This document shows positions 6,673-10,438 of a stretch of 10,438 nt of DNA, piece by piece. The DNA is from Octopus sinensis (taxonomy: Eukaryota). Below the pieces are notes generated by a model. It was not told where the DNA came from and did not search any database. It saw only the letters and a list, made by a program, of their open reading frames with translations. Where the stretch lies: assembly GCF_006345805.1 (NCBI RefSeq), contig NW_021827409.1, positions 1 to 10,438 on the forward strand. The letters are read 5' to 3'. The stretch's first letter is position 1. Every line of letters starts with the position of its first letter. Position numbers and translations under genes: made by a program.

Positions 6673-7044
6673 ATTTGTGTGTATCTTTTTTGTGCGTGTG
6701 TATGTGTGTGTATTGATGTTCGTTTTCTACTTCTTAGTGTTCTTTTTCACCAGTCTGTTTCTGTTCTATATTGCTTTATTGTTTTGTTTTTTTCCTTTCC
6801 AAATAAACAAAATCACTTCTCAGAAACATCCCTGCACTAGCTCTACATTTCTTTTGCCCAATCACAACTACAGCATATTTTAACCTTCTTAATATTGATT
6901 ATTCTCATTGACTCTTTTCTTCCTTCTCCCTTATTTTCCCTCTATACACCTTCGTATCTATTGCATTATTTTCTTCCTCTCTGTAGAGTTATTTTTATCA
7001 GTCATTTTACACTATCAATATATCCACCAACAATTTTTTATCTA

Positions 7045-7513
7045 CCGTAAATCCTCGAGTATAGTCCGCCCTTGAGTATAATACGCAGGGGGCTGTACCT
7101 CTGAAAAACCTAAACCTTGTGTATAATACGCACCACTTCTCTAACTTGAGTCGTGCGTAATTAAGCCAGCAGCACCTAGTCGAACAAACACTTCAGCGCA
7201 TGCGTAATACAATAATGGGAATGTAAATATGTTTGCAAGTTGTTTTTGTTACATGTTATTCTGTGTTCTGAATACTTTTATTTTAATAAATGTTGCTTAC
7301 TGAATATGACTTCATTGCTTTCAGGCTTAGCTTAAAGTATTTTTGCGCCCGACATCACAAAATGCGTCTGAATAAACATTGCCGGACAGCAAATAGAGAC
7401 TCGGACATTGCTTAGGAAATTTTTTTTTTTTTAACCTCGTATATAGTACGCACTAGGGATTTTGACTTTTAAATTTTGGGTAAAAAATGCGGATTATACT
7501 CGAAGATTTACGG
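7045..7513. mobile_element. Tc1/mariner-superfamily (pogo/Tigger-like) MITE with TA TSD
   Basis: TA (7043-7044), TIR ccgtaaatcctcgagtatagtccgc (7045-7069) ... gcggattatactcgaagatttacgg (7489-7513), TA (7514-7515); 23/25 match; repeated subterminal gtataatacgca-like motifs. Confidence 0.85.
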
Positions 7514-7769
7514 TAAATATAATCATTACTTTCTGAATTATACCCAAAACTTCAATTTACCTTTATTTTCTTATTCTTATTCTTGTATATATTATTATAA
7601 TCCTCTTTGTCCATCGTTTTTATTGATTGTTATGAAGATTGTTAAGAGAAAGAAATTGATTAAACACTTTCTCCTACTTGTAATTTTAAAAATTCTACAA
7701 TACAACATATCATAGAAACCAGGAAGCAGAATAGAGCAGGCAACACATTAATAGGTGGAAAAATGTCTA

Positions 7770-8560
7770 CAACCAATTCGGAAGAACAAAACACATAGCT
7801 AGAGATGAATATGGAATTGTTAAAGTGAGGTATACCTCAGGGGAAGGGGCCAATAAAGCACTCAACAACCACAGTAATGGATGACTAACGCCTCTTCAAC
7901 CCCATTTACTTTGGACGAAGAGTGTTTAAAATAAGAGTATAAAATATACCACCAGAAATCAACATCTGCTGCTTAGTGGCAGCGGTTTTCTATGACACAG
8001 AAGAGAGAACCAGTATTCTGAAGATACAGTGAATGCACAAGCTGAACTGGTTAGGACAGGGTATGCAGTTGTTATACAGTGAATCAGTCAAGTGTCGAGG
8101 CCATCACGGACCTCGTAACTCTACCGGATTGCACAAAGCTTCACGTAGTTGTTTTGGGAAGAAGATCGACACCTGTACGAGGACACAAATCACTAAAAAG
8201 TCTTTTGCCCACCCACTGAATGAGAGACAGAGCATACCGTGGCAGCTAAGGCTACATCTCCAGTACTTCTTAGAAGGGGAGAAGATGTGGTGGCCGTTTG
8301 TCAGACTCGCTCTTCCACAGCTCTTCACTTTGACTGAGCTGCAGTCTTGGATCAAGCGTAGACCGAAGCAGGACGCCTGGGACATAGAGTGTTGCCAGGT
8401 GCTCACAACCCTCTGTCAGTCGGGCAACGCGGTCGGTGGAAGTTCCACTCTATCATTCTATAGAGTTTAGTGGCGGACAAGAGCATCGACGAGAATCAGT
8501 CGGCTGATCTCTGTTCCAGAGGACTTTATGGCCGGGGTCTATGAATGATTTCCAGAAATC
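7770..8560 (+). pseudogene. Decayed non-LTR retrotransposon relic (L1/Tx1-like ORF1 remnant joined to late ORF2 remnant)
   Basis: Frame-broken peptides YGIVKVRYTSGEGANK, FNPIYFGRRVFKIRV*NIPPEI, ITDLVTLPDCTKLHVVVLGRR (ORF1-like) followed by LEGEKMWWPFVRLALPQLFTLTELQSWIKRRPK..ECCQVLTTLCQSGNAVGG..FYR and FQRTLWPGSMNDFQKS (post-RT region of ORF2). Assignment is from recalled similarity, not a search; stops and frameshifts are visible. Confidence 0.55.
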
Positions 8561-8610
8561 CTACCATCCTAAACCGTTTTCCTCTGATTCAACACAATCC
8601 CATCAACTGA

Positions 8611-8793
8611 TTAAGGTGTTTTTGCGCCCGACATCACAATATGCGTCTAAATATACATTGCCGGACAGCAAATAGAGACTCGGACATTGCTTAGGAAATA
8701 TTTTTCATTTTTAACCTCGTATATAGTACGCAGTAGGGATTTTGACCTTTAAATTTTGGGGAAAACATTCGGGTTATACTTGAGGATTTACGG
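8611..8793. mobile_element. Right-hand half of the same pogo-like MITE (duplicate of 7332-7513)
   Basis: About 91% identical to 7332-7513 by manual alignment; ends ..gaggatttacgg-TA; identity continues 16 bp beyond the TIR. Confidence 0.85.
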
Positions 8794-9550
8794 TAAGTAT
8801 AATCATTACCCCCTGCAACCCCTGTTCGTGAGCCCATGAAAACAGCCACTAATATCAAAGCCAAAAAGCATCACTACCAACACTACTGCAATCATAATCA
8901 CAGCAACAGCATCATAATTTGTTCGGCCATCTGATGTAGATTTTCTCAATTCTGCACACCTCATCTTCTTTGATCCTTATGTTTCGATGATGTCTTCCTG
9001 TTTCCCTTAATATAGTTATTTCTTACGTTCTTTACAAACCGCTTTTAGCAATACGAACCTTGACATTCATCAGTGTAAATCTGGTGGACTTTTCCGTTAG
9101 TTTCCTTACATACTGTTTCTGTTTATATTTTAAAAAAAGAATCTTTTAGGTTTTCGCAGGATCCACCCACCGCCACCAACCCTCTGTCCACGCTAGATTA
9201 ATAATCAATGTGAAATACAAGTCTGAAATGGAATTTTTACAATCTCGAAAACAGGATTAAATATCAATTGAGAAACAACAAATTTTGAAGGATTTTGTTC
9301 CAGATTTTAAATTGAAAATGTCAAAAGAAAAAAGAAAAAGAAACGTTACAGCATATAACATCCCGTCACGTGATCTAGTCAGTATCGCGCTGCAGCTGTG
9401 AAGCCATAACGTCAACAGATATCAAACACCAGAAGGAAACTCTACACAGTCATTCTCCATTCTAGAAATAACAGCCAAATGTCCTTCAAGTCGCGTTTAT
9501 GCTCTTTAATACATAAAGCAAACATTAGAAGCTTCTAAAAATTCCTTCTA

Positions 9551-10017
9551 TACTCTTTTACTCTTTTACTTGTTTCAGTCATTTGACTGCGGCCATGCTG
9601 GAGCACCGCCTTTATCGAGCAAATCGACCCGGGACTTATTCTTTGTAAGCCAGTACTTATTTCTATCGGTCCCTTTTGCCGAACCGCTAAGGTGACGGGG
9701 ACGTAACACACCAGCATCGGTTGTCACGCAATGCTAGGGTGGACAAAACACAGACACACCAAACATACACACACCACACACAACACACATATATATATAT
9801 ATTATTATATTTTTTATATATATATAATATATTATATATATATATATATACATTATACAACAGGCTTCTTTCAGTTTCCGTCTACCAATCCAGTCACAAG
9901 GCATTGGTCGGCCGGGGCTATAACAAAGACACTTGCCCAAGATGCTACGCCGTGGACTGAACCCGGAACCATGTGTTTGGTTAGCAAATCTACTTACGAC
10001 ACAGCCACTCCTGCGCC
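9551..10017 (-). mobile_element. Full-length tRNA-derived SINE with internal CA/TA microsatellite and (AGTAAAAG)n-type tail
   Basis: Minus strand begins ggcgcaggagtggctgtgtcgtaag, B-box-like gggttcagtcc, internal microsatellite about 9750-9855, and ends gcatggccgcagtcaaatgactgaaacaagtaaaagagtaaaagagta. Confidence 0.9.
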
Positions 10018-10438
10018 TATGGTCACAGAGGGAACACTTTTGACCACATGTCGGTTTAATCAAATCTTACTTGGCGTTAAACAACAACACTCTAAAACAC
10101 TCTACACTAGACCCAACCATTACACGGCAAGAAAACAACATAACAAATATGAAATGAAAAGCTGAAGAAAAATTCAGCGAATTTTTTAATTGTCATAAAT
10201 CCTTATATTTCTATTTGCCATTGATTTTAATCCAATCCTCTTGAAACTGCTTTAGTTTTTAATTACTTTTGATTACTATGAAAATCTTCATCATAATCAA
10301 TACATGTTAGAAGTCAAATCAAAAAAGAAAAATTAATTCTCTGTGAAAAACAAAAAATCATATCCGGGGGTCAATGTTCTCGGTATGTGCTAGTTTCGGT
10401 AATTAAAAACTTACAGCAACCAAATTTCAAATGTCAAT

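Noticed and set aside
3410-6883. Short ORFs with YIYI, SLSL, CVCV, HTHT runs (3410, 3568, 3968, 6248, 6287, 6417, 6592, 6677) and ORFs 5007, 5146, 6199
   Set aside because: They read through TA, TC or TG microsatellites, SINEs, the foldback or the MITE; no protein-like content. The same applies to 2528, 7476, 9535, 9721, 9731 and 9734.
8033-8470. 145-aa ORF as a host gene (and antisense ORF 8104-8406)
   Set aside because: Better explained as an open stretch across a decayed LINE; neighbouring LINE-like peptides carry stops and frameshifts.
8806-8964. 52-aa minus-strand ORF with a transmembrane-like stretch (AVAVIMIAVVLVVMLFGF)
   Set aside because: The hydrophobic run comes from a decayed trinucleotide-like tract; the upstream acceptor lacks a pyrimidine tract.
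9031-9079. Minus-strand CUGAUGA with a 6-bp stem I (tttaca/tgtaaa) and GUU
   Set aside because: No GAAA and no stem II; at best a very eroded relic.

Overview
AT-rich, microsatellite-dense, non-coding eukaryotic DNA. It is most likely from an octopus, judged from my recall of the tRNA-derived SINE sequence (not database-verified). I find no convincing host protein-coding gene: the ORF track is made of microsatellite read-throughs, chance ORFs and one decayed LINE. The window holds four copies of one SINE family, two classical MITEs with target-site duplications, a partial duplicate of one MITE, an internally deleted L1/Tx1-like LINE relic and many microsatellites. The most striking signal is in 1-5362. 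Five short elements with no obvious sequence similarity to each other each carry a type I hammerhead-ribozyme fold (274-337 +, 1091-1126 +, 1591-1646 -, 4371-4415 -, 5234-5314 +). Two have intact catalytic cores and three are degenerate. Four of the five also carry an inverted copy of part of their own 3' region on the 5' side, so they look like MITEs but fit Penelope-like/retrozyme-type non-autonomous retroelements better. All folds were derived by eye; self-cleavage and family assignments are untested.
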